A DNA stretch of 64,000 bases, taken from the human T2T-CHM13v2.0 reference genome, Homo sapiens. The notes beneath the pieces were generated by a model that saw only the letters and a list, made by a program, of their open reading frames with translations, searched no databases and was not told the DNA's origin. Shown here piece after piece: positions 62,588 through 64,000 of the stretch. The translations under genes were made by a program, and so were the position numbers. The stretch's first letter is position 1; every line of letters starts with the position of its first letter. Where the stretch lies: the NCBI RefSeq assembly GCF_009914755.1, contig NC_060929.1; one strand, given 5' to 3'.

Positions 62588-64000
62588 GAATTCCCAGTAA
62601 CTTCCTTGTGTTGTGTGTGTTCAACTCACAGAGTTGAACTTTCATTTACACAGAGCAGATTTGAAACACTCTTTTTGTGGAATTTGCAAGTGGAGATTTC
62701 AAGCGCTTTGAGGCCAAAGGCAGAAAAGGAAATATCTTCGTATAAAAACTAGACAGAATCATTCTCAGAAGCTGCTCTGCGATGTGTGCGTTCAACTCTC
62801 AGAGTTTAACTTTTCTTTTCATTCAGCAGTTTGGAAACACTCTGTTTGTAAAGTCTGCACGTGGATATTTTGACCACTTAGAGGCCTTCGTTGGAAACGG
62901 GTTTTTTTCCTGTAAGGCTAGACAGAAGAATTCCCAGTAACTTCCTTGTGTTGTGTACATTCAACTCACAGAGTTGAACGTTCCCTTAGACAGAGCAGAT
63001 TTGAAACACTCTTTTTGTGCAATTGGCAAGTGGAGATTTCAAGCGCTTTGAGGTCAATGGCAGAAAAGGAAATATCTTCGTTTCAAAACTAGACAGAATC
63101 ATTCCCACAAACTGCGTTGTGATGTGTTCGTTCAACTCACAGAGTTTAACCTTTCTTTTCATAGAGCAGTTAGGAAACAGTCTGTTTGAAAATTCTGTAA
63201 GTGGATATTCTGACATCTTGTGGCCTTCGTTGGAAACGGGATTTCTTCATATTCTGCTAGACAGAAGAATTCTCAGAATCTTCCTTGTGTTGTGTGTATT
63301 CAACTCACAGAGTTGAACGATGGTTTACACAGAGCAGATTTGAAACACTCATTTGGTGGAATTTGCAAGTGGAGATTTCAGCCGCTTTGAGGTCAATGGT
63401 AGAAAAGGAAATATCTTCGTATAACAACTAGACAGAATGATTCTCAGAAACTTCTTTGTGATGTGTGTGTTCAACTCACAGAGTTTAACCTTTCTTTTCA
63501 TAGAGCAGTTAGGAAACACTGTGTTTTTAAACTCTGCAAGTGGATATTCAGACCTCTTTGAGGCCTTCGTTGGAAACGGGTTTCTTCATACTGTGCTAGA
63601 CAGAAGAATTCTCAGTAACTTCCTTGTGTTGTGTGTATTCAACTCACAGAGTTGAACGATCCTTTACACAGAGCAGACTTGAAACACTCTTTTTGTGGAA
63701 TTTGCAAGTGGAGATTTCAGCCGCGTTGAGGTCAATGGTAGAAAAGGAAATATCTTCGTATAAAAACTAGACAGAATGATTCTCAGAAACTCCTTTGTGA
63801 TGTGTGTGTTCAACTCACAGAGTTTAACATTTCTTTTCATAGAGCAGTTAGGAAACACTCTGTTTGTAAAGTCTGCAAGTGGATATTCAGACCTCTTTGA
63901 GGCCTTCGTTGGAAACGGGTTTTTTTCATATAAGGCTAGACAGAAGAATTCCCAGTAACTTCCTTGTGTTGTGTGTGTTCAACTCACAGAGTTGAACTTT

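Larger units (their letters stand above)
1..64000 (+). repeat. Centromeric alpha satellite HOR array, suprachromosomal family 1 (340-bp J1/J2 dimer), primate and most likely human
   Basis: Continuous ~170-bp tandem monomers with alphoid hallmarks (TTCAACTCACAGAG, GAAACACTCT, CTAGACAGAA). GAATTC recurs about every 340 bp (415, 755, 1095, 1435...) and CTTCGTTGGAAACGGG occurs once per dimer. ORF-track spacings are near-multiples of 340. Confidence 0.99.
1..64000 (+). repeat. Subfamily assignment: D1Z7/D5Z2/D19Z3-like (S1C1/5/19H1L) active HOR array; specific chromosome unresolved (the related D16Z2 is not excluded)
   Basis: Monomer motifs AACTTTCATTTACAC, CTGCTCTGCGATG...GACCACTTAGAGG, AACGTTCCCTTAGAC, CCCACAAACTGCGTTGTG and AACGATCCTTTACAC match my recollection of the 6-mer shared by chr1/5/19. 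A 1019-bp 6-mer unit is present at 33368-34386. Based on recall, not a search. Confidence 0.7.

Noticed and set aside
245-63958. Numerous 60-105 aa ORFs on both strands (MILRNSF..., MFPNCSM..., MQLASGDF...)
   Set aside because: They recur at the satellite period, overlap on opposite strands, many use non-ATG starts, and they are freely broken by stops and indels. They are translations of alpha satellite, not genes.
1-64000. CRISPR-like regular repeat-spacer pattern
   Set aside because: The sequence between conserved motifs is itself repeated, so there are no unique spacers, and there are no cas genes.
1-64000. Embedded L1/Alu insertion, inversion or non-satellite island
   Set aside because: The 338-341 bp phase and strand orientation are unbroken from start to end in my reading and in the ORF-track spacing. 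No poly-A tail or target-site duplication was seen.
1-64000. Assignment to one specific chromosome or to the kinetochore (CDR) site
   Set aside because: Chr1, 5 and 19 share this HOR family, and the CDR is defined by methylation and CENP-A data. Neither can be read from the sequence alone.

Overview
The whole 64 kb window is one uninterrupted, single-orientation array of centromeric alpha satellite (~170-bp monomers). It is the suprachromosomal family 1 type, built on a 340-bp EcoRI dimer with a CENP-B box in every second monomer. From memory the monomers resemble the human D1Z7/D5Z2/D19Z3 (S1C1/5/19H1L) family; the chromosome cannot be fixed without a database search. I found no genes, transposons, inversions or CRISPR arrays, and every ORF in the track is a by-product of the repeat. 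Cutting at the GAATTC-equivalent site gives about 188 dimers of a few classes. A = GACTTGTAAC/GAAGTCAAAGG; E = an A-like dimer with CCGCGTTGAGGTCAATGG; B and B' = GAGGCCAAAGG/GACCACTTAG; C = GTTCCCTTAG/CCCACAAACTGCG; D and D' = GAATCTTCC/GATGGTTTAC. These follow a grammar of roughly C-D-(A-B)n, so HOR length varies from 6 to 30 monomers. On top of this sit recent tandem duplications (5436, 5095, 3397, 2039 and 4757 bp periods), serial in-register deletions that create hybrid dimers, dispersed block copies, and position-restricted variant domains. The interest lies in array architecture and evolution; I see no evidence of a new coding system. All parsing was by eye and should be confirmed computationally.
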